Shown here: in pieces, positions 22,100 through 33,667 of the stretch
How positions within the stretch are numbered: the first letter of the stretch is position 1
How the letters are laid out: the number at the start of each line of letters is the position of its first letter
NCBI GenBank assembly: GCA_030390025.1
Contig: JASTWF010000322.1
Location: 248,001 to 312,000 of the forward strand
Direction: 5' to 3'
Source of the DNA: Squalus acanthias
Taxonomy: Eukaryota
DNA: 64,000 bases
The notes under the pieces: generated by a model
The model's database searches: none
The model's input: only the letters and a program-made list of their open reading frames with translations
What the model was told of the DNA's origin: nothing
Made by a program: the position numbers and the translations under genes

Positions 22100-24375
22100 G
22101 GTAAACTATCCCTCCTCGTCCTTCTTGACTTGTCTGCAGTCTTTGACACGGGTTGACCACTCCATCCTCCTCCAACGCCTCTCCACCGTCGTCCAGCTGG
22201 GTGGGACTGCACTCGCCTGGTTCCATTCTCATCTATCTAATCGTAGCCAGAGAATCACCTGCAACGGCTTCTCTTCCCACTCCCGCATCGTTACCTCTGG
22301 TGTCTCCCAAGGATCTATCCTTGGCCCCCTCCTATTTCTCATCGACATGTTGCCCCTTGGCGACCTCATCCGAAAACACAGCGTCAGTTTCCACATGTAT
22401 GCTGATGACACCCAGCTCTACCTCATTACCTCTTCTCTCGAGCCCTCCACGGTCTCTAAATTGTCCGACTGCTTGTCCGACATCCAGTTCTGGATGAGCA
22501 AAACAGAGGAACAGGAGGAGGCCCATTCAGCCCCTCGAGCCTGTTACACAGGAACAGGAGGAGGCCCATTCAGCCCCCTCGAGCCTGTTACACAGGAACA
22601 GGAGGAGGCCCATTCAGCCCCCTCGAGCCTGTTACACAGGAACAGGAGGAGGCCCATTCAGCCCCCTCGAGCCTGTTACACAGCAACAGGAGGAGGCCCA
22701 TTAAGTCCCCTGGAGCCTGTTACACAGGAACAGGAGGAGGCCCATTCAGCCCCTCGAGCCTGTTACACAGGAACAGGAGGAGGCCCATTCAGCCCCTCGA
22801 GCCTGTTGCACAGGAACAGGAGGAGGCCCATTCAGCCCCCTCGAGCCTGTTACACAGGAACAGGAGGAGGCCCATTCAGTCCCTCGAGCCTGTTACACAG
22901 GAACAGGAGGAGGCCATTCAGCCCCTCGAGCCTGTTCCGCCATTCAATGAGATCACGGCTGATCTGTGACCTAACTCCATCCACCCGCCTTTGCCCCATA
23001 TCCTTTAATACCTTTAAAAATCTATCAATCTCTGATTTAAAATTAATCTAGCATCAATTGCCGTTTGCGGAAGAGAGTCCCAAACTCCTACCACCCTTTG
23101 TGTGTAGAAGTGTTTCCTAACTTCACTCCTGAAATTCATTAAATATATTCAAGAAGGAGTTGGATATATTTCTTAAGGCTAAAGGGATCAAGGGATATAG
23201 GGAGAAAGCAGGGACAGGGTACTGAGTTTGGATGATCAGCCATGATCGCATTGAATGGCGGAGCAGGCTCGAGGGGCCGAATGGCCTACTCCTGCTCCTA
23301 TCTTCTATGTTTCTATGTTTCTATATTTCTATTCTTCCGTTTACACTGCCTGCAATGCTGCCTATCTTTGTGCCATCGGCAAATTTGTAAGACTTCTATG
23401 TGACCATCCAAGTCGTTAATAAATACTGAGAATAGTTGAGGCCCCCACACAGATCAATGTGGTACAACATTAAATGTTCTCCAGTTAAATACTGGGAAGA
23501 CCGAAGCCATTGTTTTCGGTCCCCGCCACAAACTCCGTTCCCTGGCCACTGACTCCATCCCTCTCCGTAACATCTGTCTGAGGCTGAACCACACTGTTCG
23601 CAACCTTGGTGTCATATTTGACCCTGAAATGAGCTTCTGACCACATATCCGCAGCATAACAAAGACCGCCTACTTCCACCTCCGTAACATCGCCCGTCTC
23701 CGCCCCTGCCTCAGCTCATCCGCTGCTGAAACCCTCATCCCTGCCTTTGTTACCTCCAGACTTGACTATTCCAACGCTCTCCTGGCTGCCCTCCCACATT
23801 CCACCCTACGTAAACTTGAGGTCATCCAAAACTCGGCTGCCCCCGTGTCCTAACTCGCACCAAGTCCCGTTCACCCATCACCCCCTGTGCTCGCTGACCT
23901 ACGCTGGCTCCCGGTCCGGCAACGCCTCGATTTCACAATTCTCATCCTCCCGTTCAGATCCCTCCATGGCCCCTCGCCCCCTCCCTATCTCTGTAACCTC
24001 CTCCAGCCCTACAATTCTCATCCTCCTGTTCAAATCCCTCCATGGCCCTCGCCCCCCTCCCTATCTCTGTAACCTCCTCCAGCCCTACAACCCTCCGAGA
24101 TCTCTGCGCTCCTCCAATTCTGGCCTCTCGCGCATCCCCGATTTCCATCGCTCCACCATTGGCGGCCGTGCCTTCAGCTGCCTGGGGCCCTGAGCTCTGG
24201 AATTCCCTCCCTAAACCTCTCCGCCTCTCTCTCCTCCTTTAAGACGCTCCTTAAAACCGACCTCTTTGCCCAGCTTTTGGTCGCCTGTCCTAATATCTCC
24301 TTATGTGGCTCGGGGTCAGATTGTGTTTGATAATCGCTCCTGTGAAGCGCCCTGGGACGTTTTACTACGTTAATC
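22100..24375 (+). mobile_element. L2 LINE RT to 3' end, split by CR1-derived inserts at about 22503-23470
   Basis: GVSQGSILGPLLF..HMYADDTQLY..IQFWMSK (22125-22502) resumes with LQLNTGKTEAIVFG at about 23478. It ends with the L2-type tail GTGAAGCGCCCTGGGACGTTTTACTACGTTAA. Confidence 0.85.
22503..22935 (+). repeat. 42-43 bp minisatellite (about 10 units) still attached to its parent CR1 3' UTR
   Basis: Unit CCTGTTACACAGGAACAGGAGGAGGCCCATTCAGCCCCTCGAG. It continues directly into CCGCCATTCAATGAGATCA..., a minus-strand CR1 3' end. Confidence 0.93.
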
Positions 24376-24834
24376 GCAGGTCGTCGTTGTCGGGAAACTC
24401 AAGGGAACACCCCCTGTAATGGACAAGTGTAACTTACCTAGTTGTGAGCGCAGCAAGACAGTGTAATCCCCTGCAGTAATTACCAAGTTATCAAGGTGTG
24501 TACTAGGCTCGGGGAGCCTGGCTTCGAAACACCAGCCTCACGGGCGCGAGGGAATTATTTCCTTTCTCTAACATGTTTACCGAGCGAGTCATAGACTGTA
24601 ACAGGCTCGAATGACTCACTTCCTCATTGTCTCCAGGGGCACACCCTTGCAAGCACACTCGCCAAGCAGTGAGATCTGTCCTCCCGTGCCCCAGCACGTC
24701 TCCTGTGCGATGAAGGGTCGACGTCGAAAGAAAAAGCTGGCGGGTCCACGCCGCTCTTTCTCGACCTCAGGATGTTCCCCGAAGCCGTCTTGGCAGCAAC
24801 TGTTCCGCCTCCTCCACCTCACCACAGGGACTGC

Positions 24835-26040
24835 ACCTCAGAAAGTGCTTGGTCGACTGTGAAGCAGTCCTGAAATCGGGAAAGATATCAACGCAGGTTC
24901 TGAAGTGAGGCCGCTGTTGCAATGCAGGAAACTCGGCGCCCAATTTGCGCACAGCAAGATCCCATAAACAGCAAGGTCAGGACGACCAGATCGCCTGTTT
25001 TTTAGTGATGTTGGTTGAGGGATAAATATTGGGCCCAGGACACCGGGGAGAATTCCGCACCCCCCTGCTCTTCTTACAATAGTGGCCGTGGGATCTTTTA
25101 CGTCCACCTGAGAGGGCAGACGGGGCCTCGGTTTAACGTCTCTGACAGTGCAGCGCTCCCTCAGTACTGGCACCGGGGAGTGTGGGCCTGGATTATGGGG
25201 CTCGAGTCCCAGAGTATATACATCTACCTCCGACAGTGCAGCGCGCCCTCAGTACTGGCACCGGGGAGTGTGGGCCTGGATTATGGGGCTCCAGTCCTAG
25301 AGTATATACATCTACCTCCGACACTGCAGCGCTCCCTCAGTACTGGCACCGGGGAGTGTGGGCCTGGATTATGGGGCTCGAGTCCTAGAGTATATACATC
25401 TACCTCCGACAGTGCAGCGCTCCCTCAGTACTGGCACCGGGGAGTGTGGGCCTGGATTATGGGGCTCGAGTCCTAGAGTATATACATCTACCTCCGACAC
25501 TGCAGCGCTCCCTCAGTACTGGCACCGGGGAGTGAGGGCCTGGATTATGGGGCTCGAATCCTAGAGTATATACATCTACCTCCGACAGTGCAGCACTCCC
25601 TCAGTACTGGCACCGGGGAGTGTGGGCCTGGATTATGGGGCTCAAGTCCTCGAGTATACACATCTACCTCCGACAGTGCAGCGCTCCCTCAGTACTGGCA
25701 CCGGGGAGTGTGGGCCTGGATTATGGGGCTCGAGTCCGAGAGTATATACATCTACCTCCGACAGTGCAGCGCTCCCTCAGTACTGGCACCGGGGAGTGTG
25801 GGCCTGGATTATGGGGCTCCAGTCCGAGAGTATATACATCTACCTCCGACAGTGCAGCGCTCCCTCAGTACTGGCACCGGGGAGTGTGGGCCTGGATTAT
25901 GGGGCTCGAGTCCGAGAGTATATACATCTACCTCCGACAGTGCAGCGCTCCCTCAGTACTGGCACCGGGGAGTGTGGGCCTGGATTATGGGGCTCCAGTC
26001 CGAGAGTATATACATCTACCTCCGACAGTGCAGCGCTCCC
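24835..26040 (-). mobile_element. Deu-domain SINE with about 10 VNTR units, 5'-truncated
   Basis: Tail and Deu core at 24835-25142; 88-bp array at 25143-26040. Confidence 0.88.
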
Positions 26041-26164
26041 AAGTTGTTGTTGTTGCCTCTTGGCAGTCGTCTGAACCCCTGTGACGAATCTGTTCAATAT
26101 CCCGTTATCTTCAGCGACCTAGCCATTAAAAGCTGACATGATCTCTGCCGACACTCCTCCAATT

Positions 26165-26568
26165 CTAGCACCATATTCCACCCTCCGTAAACTTGACCGT
26201 GTTCAAAACTCCTGCTGCCCCCGTGTCCTAACTCACACCGAGTCCTGTTCACCCATCACCCCCTGTGCTCGCCCCCTCCCTATCTCTGTAACCTCCTCCA
26301 GCACCGACAATTCTCATCCTCCTGTTCAAATCCCTCCGTGGCCCCTCGCCCCCTCCCTATCTCTGTAACCTCCTCCAGCCCTATAATTCTTATCCTCCTG
26401 TTCAAATCCCTCCATGGCCCCTCACCTCCTCCCTATCTCTGTATCCTCCTCCAGCCCCTACAATTCTCATCCTCCTGTTCAAATCCCTCCATGGCCCCTC
26501 GCCCCCTCCCTATCTCTGTAACCTCCTCCAGCCCCTACAACCCTCCGAGATCTCTGCGCTCCTCTAAT
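26165..26568 (+). mobile_element. L2 fragment with the 75-77 bp array
   Basis: Same unit as 21250-21700 in reverse orientation; about 3-4 copies. Confidence 0.8.
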
Positions 26569-26569
26569 T

Positions 26570-26832
26570 TGAAACTCCTTTGCTATGTCTTTGATATAAT
26601 GTCTTCCTGACTGATCTGATTGTTTCTCTGCCGAGGTGTGATAAAAGGCAGTCAGAAAGATTAACTGTAGTCGTCTGACATTGTACGCTACACAGGCATT
26701 GTTCTCTGTCTATATATGCTTTGCCGATTTGTATTCCTTCACTTCACCTGACGAAGGAGCAGCGCTCCGAAAGCTTGTGATTTCAAATAAAACTGTTGGA
26801 CTATAACCTGGTGTTGTGCGACTTCTCACTTT
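26570..26832 (+). mobile_element. Penelope-like family 2 pLTR fragment
   Basis: Near-identical to 47150-47171 joined to 47905-48140; contains a hammerhead motif. Confidence 0.7.
26744..26780 (+). ncRNA. Minimal type-I hammerhead ribozyme motif (family 2)
   Basis: UCAC-CUGACGA-A-GGAGC(AGC)GCUCC-GAAA-GCUU-GUGA: stem I UCAC/GUGA, conserved core, 5-bp stem II, palindromic AAGCUU in place of stem III. Confidence 0.75.
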
Positions 26833-26844
26833 CGATAGGGTAGA

Positions 26845-28227
26845 CATAGAAACAAAGAAAATAGGAGCAGGAGTCGGCCATTCGGCCCTTCGAGCCTGCT
26901 CCGCCATTCAATATGATCGTGGCTGATCCTCTATCTCAATACCATATTCCCGCTCTCTCCCCATACCCCTTGATGCCTTTTGTGTCTAGAAATCTATCTA
27001 TCTCCTTCTTAAATATATTCAGTGACTTGGCCTCCACAGCCTTCTGTGGTAGAGAATTCCACAGGTTCACCACCCTCTGAGTGAAGAAATTTCACCTCAT
27101 CTCAGTCCTAAATGTCCTACCCCATATCCTGAGACCCTAGACCCCCTGGTTCTAGACCCCCCAGCCAGGGGAAACATCCTCCCTGCATCCAGTCTGTCTA
27201 GCCCTGTCAGAATTTTATACGTTTCAATGAGATCCCCCTCTCATTCTTCTAAACTCTAGTGAATACAGGCCTAGTCGACCCAATCTCTCCTCATACGACA
27301 GTCCTGCCATCCCAGGAATCAGTCTGGTGAACCTTCGCTGCACTCCCTCTATGGCAAGTATATCCTTTCTTAGGTAAGGAGACCAAAACTGCACACAGTA
27401 CTCCAGGTGTGGTCTCACCAAGGCCCTGTACAACTGGAGTAAGACATCCTTGCTCCTGTACTCAAATCCTCTTGCAATGAAGGCCAACCTGCCATTTGCC
27501 TTCCTAACTGCTTGCTGCACCTGCATGTTTGCTTTCAGTGACTGGTGTACAAGGACACCCAGGTCCCTTTGTACATCAACATTTCCCAATCTATCACCAT
27601 TTAAATAATACTCTACCTTTCTGTTTTTCCCACCGAAGTGGATAACTTCACATTTATCCACGTTATACTGCATCTGCCATGTATTTGCCCACTCACTCAA
27701 CTGGTCTAAACATAAAGAGGTTTCCACATGTGGGCGACCGGAACTAGGAACCATCGACATAAGATACATCCCGACATACGAATTAGGAGCAGGCCACTCG
27801 GCCCCTCGAGCCTGCTCCGCCATTCAATAAGATCATGGCCCATCCGATTACTCCACATTCCCGCCTACCCCCGATAACCTTTCACCCCCCTTGCTTATCA
27901 AGAATCTATCGACCTCTGCCCTAAAAATATTCAAAGACTCTGCTTCCACCGCCCTCTGAGGAAGAGAGTTCCAAAGACTCACCACCCTCAGAAAAAATTT
28001 CTCCTCATCACTGTCTTAAATGGGCCACCCCTTATTTTTGAACCGTGACCCCCCTAGTTCTAGATTCCCCCACAAGAGGAAACATCCTCTCCACATCCAC
28101 CCTGTCCAGACAACCTCAGGATCTTCTATGTTTCAATCAAGTCACCTCTTACTCTTCTAAACTCCAGTGGATACAAGCCTAGCCTGTCCAACCTTTCCTC
28201 ATAAGACAACCCGCCCATTCCAGGTAT
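26845..28227 (-). mobile_element. Two CR1 3' fragments; the second is the target of the Penelope insertion and resumes at 31991-32065
   Basis: ORF 27224..27823 is CR1 RT C-terminal. The sequence ...CATTCCAGGTAT | TAGTCTAGTAAACCTTCTC is continuous across the insertion. Confidence 0.85.
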
Positions 28228-28666
28228 GCCTGTCACTTTAATTCACCGCTTCACTCCCACTCTGACCTCACCGTCCTCGGCCTATTACACTGTTCCACGG
28301 AAGCGCAGCGTAAGCTCGAGGAACAGCACCTCATCTTTCGTTTAGGCACGCTACAGCCCTCTGGACTCAATATCGAGTTCAACAATTTTAGATCATAACC
28401 TCAGCTCCAATCACATTTATATTTTATTTTTTCCACCCTTTTATTTGCCCCCCCCCCACCTTTTTTTTCCTCCTAGAAGCTGGCAGCTGTCCTTCATTCT
28501 GCCAGTGGATTTCACACTTCTTTCAGCCTTAATCTGTCACATTAACACCACCTCTAGCCTTGCATATCTCTTAATGTCTCTTCATCTCCCCCTTTGTTCT
28601 TTTATCCCCTCCCCCTTTTCCCAGCTTTACTCTGGCCTTAAATCTATTTGATTTCCGGCTCTTCAC

Positions 28667-28702
28667 AGTTCTGACGAAAGTCATCGAGCTGAAACGTTAA
28701 CT
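28667..28702 (+). ncRNA. Hammerhead motif (family 1) in the 5' pLTR, stem II mutated
   Basis: AGUU-CUGACGA-AAGUCAUCGAGCU-GAAA-CGUU-AACU. The core is intact; stem II has a 1-nt loss and a substitution relative to the 3' copy. Confidence 0.55.
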
Positions 28703-28837
28703 CTCTTTCTCTCTCCACGGATGCTGCCTGGCCTGCTGAGTTTTTCCAGCGTTTTCTGTTGTTATTTCAGATTTCCAGCATCCGCAGTATTTTGCTATCG
28801 TACTAGTGTTTGGTTCACTGCCACCTCTCTTCTAGGA

Positions 28838-31574
28838 ATGCCTACCTTGAAGAAGTTCTGCTCTTCTCTTCGACGGGATTTCCGTTTGGCTCTTCAACCT
28901 TGTTCATCTTCATTGATTTCAGTTTCCCTTCTCGTGTTTGATCAGGTATCTTCCAAGACTCGGTTTCACAGCCACATTACTTTCCTCAGCAACTGTCTCC
29001 GGTTCCGACTTATCCCACGTGGATTCCAACTAAACTTCCACCCTTCGTGTTTCGGATCAACCCAGGATTACAAATATCTCCAAGATATTCATCGTTCCTC
29101 GAACTACTGCTCTCGCCGCATCTTGAGATCCACGCTCAACGCCATGCGGCGCCACATGAACACTCTCGACCTCTCTCTTCAGCAGCACCGACGCACTCTA
29201 TGTCAAAGCTGTCCGGGTCCACAGTTCCATTTCATCCTTAGACTCATCCGACGCTTCAACAAAAAACTTTTCTTCTTCCTTTCCGATGTCAAGGATCGCA
29301 AGCTTCAACAACTCTCGGACACTAACGCCCCTCCGGAACCTTCTTCCCCTTCACTTTCCTCTGACCCCCCTTCTCCCAATCTCACCCCCTGCCGCGTTTT
29401 CACTATCCCCTCTGACCTTCCCCTCTCTGACTCCGAACGATCAGTCCTCAGCAAAGGCCTGACCTTCATCCCCTTACGCCCCCATCTCAATGAATTTCGA
29501 GCTCGGCACGATGCTGAGCTCTTTTTCCGCCGCCTCCGTCTCCGTGCCCACTTCTCTGGCCAGGAGTCTTCCCCCCGCACGGCTGACCCTTTCTCCCGCT
29601 TTCAGAATTCTCGTTCCACCTGGACCCCTCCCTCTGGCCTCTTACCCTCTCTAGATCTTTTCATTGCTAACTGCCGCCGTGACATCGGCCAGCTCAATTT
29701 CTCTGCTCCCCTCACTCACTCCAACCTACCTCCCTCTGAACTTGCAGCACTCCATTCTCTCCGATCCAACCCTGACATTGTCATTAAACCTGCTGACAAG
29801 GGTGGCGCTGTTGTTGTTTGGCGAACCGACCTCTACCTAGCGGAAGTTGACACCTCCTCCTACCTCCACCTGGACCATGACCCCACTACTGAACATCAAG
29901 CCATCGTGTCCAAGACCGTCACTGACCTCATCTCCTCTGGAGATCTTCCCCCCCACGGCCGCCAACCTCATAGTTCCCCAACCACGCACAGCCCGCTTCT
30001 ACCTCCTTCCCAAGATCCACAAACAGGACTGCCCCGGTAGACCCATCGTTTCAGCCTGTTCTTGCCCCACGGAACTTATCTCTTCCTATCTCAACTCTAT
30101 TTTTTCTCCCCTTGTCCAGTCTCTTCCCACCTACATCCGCGACTCTTCCGATGCCCTCCGCCATTTTAACAGTTTCCAGTTTCCCGGCCCCAACCGTCTC
30201 CTCTTCACTATGGACGTACAATCCGTCTACACCTCCATCCCCCACCAGGATGGCCTGAGGGCGCTCCGCTTCTTCCTTGAACAGAGGCCCAACCAATCCC
30301 CATCCACCACCACCCTCCTCCGCCTGGCTGAACTTGTTCTCACATTGAACAACTTCTCCTTTGACTCTACCCATTTCCTCCAAATTAAAGGTGTTGCTAT
30401 GGGTACCCACATGGGTCCTAGCTATGCCTGCCTTTTCGTGGGATATGTGGAACACTCTTTGTTCCAGTCCTACTCGGGTCCCCTCCCTCACCTCTTTTTC
30501 CGGTACATTGATGACTGTATCGGTGCCGTCTCCTGCTCTCGCCCTGAACTAGAACATTTCATTCACTATGCTTCCAATTTCCACCCTTCCCTCACCTTCA
30601 CATGGTCCATCTCCGACTCTTCCCTTCCCTTCCTCGACTTCTCCATCTCCATCTCTGGGGATAGGTTATTGACTAACATTCACTACAAGCCCACTGACTC
30701 CCACAGCTACCTGGACTACACTTCCTCCCACCCCGCCTCCTGTAAGGACTCTATTCCATTCTCCCAGTTTCTCCGTCTCCGCCGCATCTGCTCTGATGAT
30801 GCCACCTTCCATACCAGTGCTTCCGACATGTCTTCCTTTTTCCTCAACCGAGGATTCCCCTCTACCGTGGTCGACACGGCCCTCGACCGTGTCCGTTCTA
30901 TCTCCCGCACTTCTGCCCTCACCCCTGCCCCTCCCTCCCGGAACCACGATAGGGTTCCCCTTGTCCTCACCTTTCACCCCACCAGCCTCCACATTCAACG
31001 GATCATCCTCCGCCATTTCCGCCACCTCCAGCGTGATCCCACCACCAAATACATCTTCCCCTCACCTCCCCTTTCAGCATTCCGCAGGGACCGCTCCCTC
31101 CGCGACACCCTAGTCCACTCCTCTACCACCCCCAGCACCCCATCCCCTTCGCCCGGCACCTTCCCGTGCACGCGCAGGAGATGCAACACATGCCCTTATA
31201 CCTCCCCTCTTCCCACTGTCCAGGGCCCCAAACACCCCTTCCAGGTGAAACAGCGATTTACTTGTACTTCCTGCAATTTAGTATACTGTATTCGCTGCTC
31301 ACGATGTGGTATCCTCTACATTGGGGAGACCAAACGCAGATTGGGTGACCGCTTTGCGGAACACCTCCGTTCAGTCCGTAAGGGGGACCCCGAGCTCCCG
31401 GTGGCCTGTCACTTTAATTCACCGCTTCACTCCCACTCTGACCTCACCGTCCTCGGCCTATTACACTGTTCCACGGAAGCGCAGCGTAAGCTCGAGGAAC
31501 AGCACCTCATCTTTCGTTTAGGCACGCTACAGCCCTCTGGACTCAATATCGAGTTCAACAATTTTAGATCATAA
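28838..31574 (+). pseudogene. Penelope-like polyprotein (RT + GIY-YIG endonuclease) with one frameshift at a C7 run (29948-29954)
   Basis: IKPADKGGAVVV in ORF 28721..30040. FYLLPKIHK, RPIVS, GVAMG, RYIDD, a CTRRRCNTC linker and VYCIRCSRCGILYIGETKRRLGDRFAEH in ORF 29847..31574. Confidence 0.9.
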
Positions 31575-31853
31575 CCTCAGCTCCAATCACATTTATATTT
31601 TATTTTTTCCACCCTTTTATTTGCCCCCCCCCCCACCTTTTTTTTCCTCCTAGAAGCTGGCAGCTGTCCTTCATTCTGCCAGTGGATTTCACACTTCATT
31701 CAGCCTTAATCTGTCACATTAACACCACCTCTAGCCTTGCATATCTCTTAATGTCTCTTAATGTCTCTTCATCTCCCCCTTTGTTCTTTTATCCCCTCCC
31801 CCTTTTCCCAGCTTTACTCTGGCCTTAAATCTATTTGATTTCCGGCTCTTCAC

Positions 31854-31890
31854 AGTTCTGATGAAAGGTCATCGACCTGAAACGTTAACT
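31854..31890 (+). ncRNA. Minimal type-I hammerhead ribozyme motif (family 1) in the 3' pLTR
   Basis: AGUU-CUGAUGA-A-AGGUC(AUC)GACCU-GAAA-CGUU-AACU; palindromic AACGUU in place of stem III. Confidence 0.78.
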
Positions 31891-32065
31891 CTCTTTCTCT
31901 CTCCACGGATGCTGCCTGGCCTGCTGAGTTTTTCCAGCGTTTTCTGTTGTTATTTCAGATTTCCAGCATCCGCAGTATTTTGCTATCGTATTAGTCTAGT
32001 AAACCTTCTCTGAACTGCTTCCAACGCATTTACACCCTTCCTTAAATAAGGAGAGCAATACTGTA

Positions 32066-33667
32066 CATAGAAACATAGGAGCAGGAGTCGGCCATTCGGC
32101 CCCTCGAGCCTGCTCCGCCATTCGATGAGATCATGGCTGATCATCCAAACTCAGTACCCTGTACCTGCCTTCTCCCCATATCCCTTGATCCCTTTAGCTT
32201 TAAGAAATATATCTAACTCATTCTTAAATATATTTAATGACTTGGCCTCAACTACCTTCTGTGGTAGAGAATTCCACAGGTTCACCACTCTCTGGGTGAA
32301 GAAATTCTTCCTCATTTCTGTCCTAAATGGCTTACCCCTTATCCTTAGACTATGACCCCTGGCTCTGGACTCTCCGACCATCGGGAACATTCTTCCTGCA
32401 TCTAGTCTGTCTAGTCCTGTCAGAATTTTATATGTTTCGATGAGATCTCCTCTCATTCTTCTAAACTCCAGCGAGTATAAGCCCAATCGACCCAATCTCT
32501 CCTCATATGTCATTCCTGCCATCCCAGGTATCAGCCTGGTAAATCTTCGCTGCACTCCCTCCATGGCAAGAACATCCTTCCTCAGATAAGGTGACCAAAA
32601 CTGCACACAGTACTCAAGGTGTGGTCTCACCAAGGCCCTGTACAACTGCAGCATAACCTCCCTACTTTTGTATAGTCAATAAGAAGAGCATAACTAGAGG
32701 CCATCAATATAAGACAGTCGCTAATAAATCCAATGGGGAATTCAGGAGAAATTTCTTTACCCAGAGAGTGATGAGAATGTGGAACTCGCTACCACAGGGA
32801 GTGCTAGAGGCAACATTCAGGCTTGGGCAATGACTATCTCCAACAAGCGAGAGTCTAACCACCTCCCCTTGACATTCAACGGCATTACCATCGCCGAATC
32901 CCCCACCATCAACATCCTGGGGGTCACCATTGAACAGAAACTTAACTGGACCAGCCACATAAATACTGTGGCAACAAGAGCAGGTCAGAGGCTGGGTATT
33001 CTGCGGCGAGTGTCTCACCTCCTGACTCCCCAAAGCCTTTCCACCATCTACAAGGCACAAGTCAGGAGTGTGCTGGAATACTCTCCAATTGCCTGGATGA
33101 GTGCAGCTCCAACAACACTCAAGAAGCTCGACACCATCCAGGACAAAGCAGTCCCGCTTGATCGGCACCCCATCCACCACCTTAAACATTCACTCCCTCC
33201 ACCACCGGCGCACCGTGGCTGCAGTGTGTACCATCTACAAGATGCACTGCAGCAACTCGCCAAGGCTTCTTCGGCAGCACCTCCCAAACCCGCGACCTCT
33301 TCCACCTAGAAGGGCAAGGGCAGCAGGCGCATGGGAACACCACCACCTCCAAGTTCCACCTCCGAGTCACACACCATCCTGACTTGGAAATATATCGGCC
33401 GTTCCTTCATCGTCGCTGGGTCAAAATCCTGGAACTCCCTCCCTGACAGCACTGTGGGAGCACCTTCACCACACGGACTGCAGCGGTTCAAGAAGGCGGC
33501 TCACCACCACCTTCTCAAGGGCAACTAGGGATGGGCAATAAATACGAATAAAAAAATAGCACTGATGGATTTAAGGGGATGCAGGATAAGCACATGAGGG
33601 AGAATGGAATAGAAGGCTACGATGATAGGGGTGAGATGAAGAGGGGTAGGAGGAGGATCGTGTGGAG
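32066..33667. mobile_element. CR1 3' fragment (-, 32066-32675), then a + CR1 end interrupted by a second-family LINE fragment (32810-33555)
   Basis: ORF 32151..32654 is a CR1 C-terminus. ORFs 32779..33309 and 33101..33382 match 1100-1800. Confidence 0.85.

Larger units (their letters stand above)
28228..31990 (+). mobile_element. Near full-length Penelope-like retroelement (Neptune-like) with direct pseudo-LTRs
   Basis: Direct repeat of about 580 bp at 28228-28802 and 31404-31990, covering the ORF end and 3' region. It encloses an RT + GIY-YIG reading frame. Confidence 0.93.

Noticed and set aside
28228..31990. LTR retrotransposon or endogenous retrovirus
   Set aside because: The direct repeats include the ORF end and lack TG..CA termini and an evident PBS or PPT. 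The protein has GIY-YIG rather than integrase, so it is Penelope-like.
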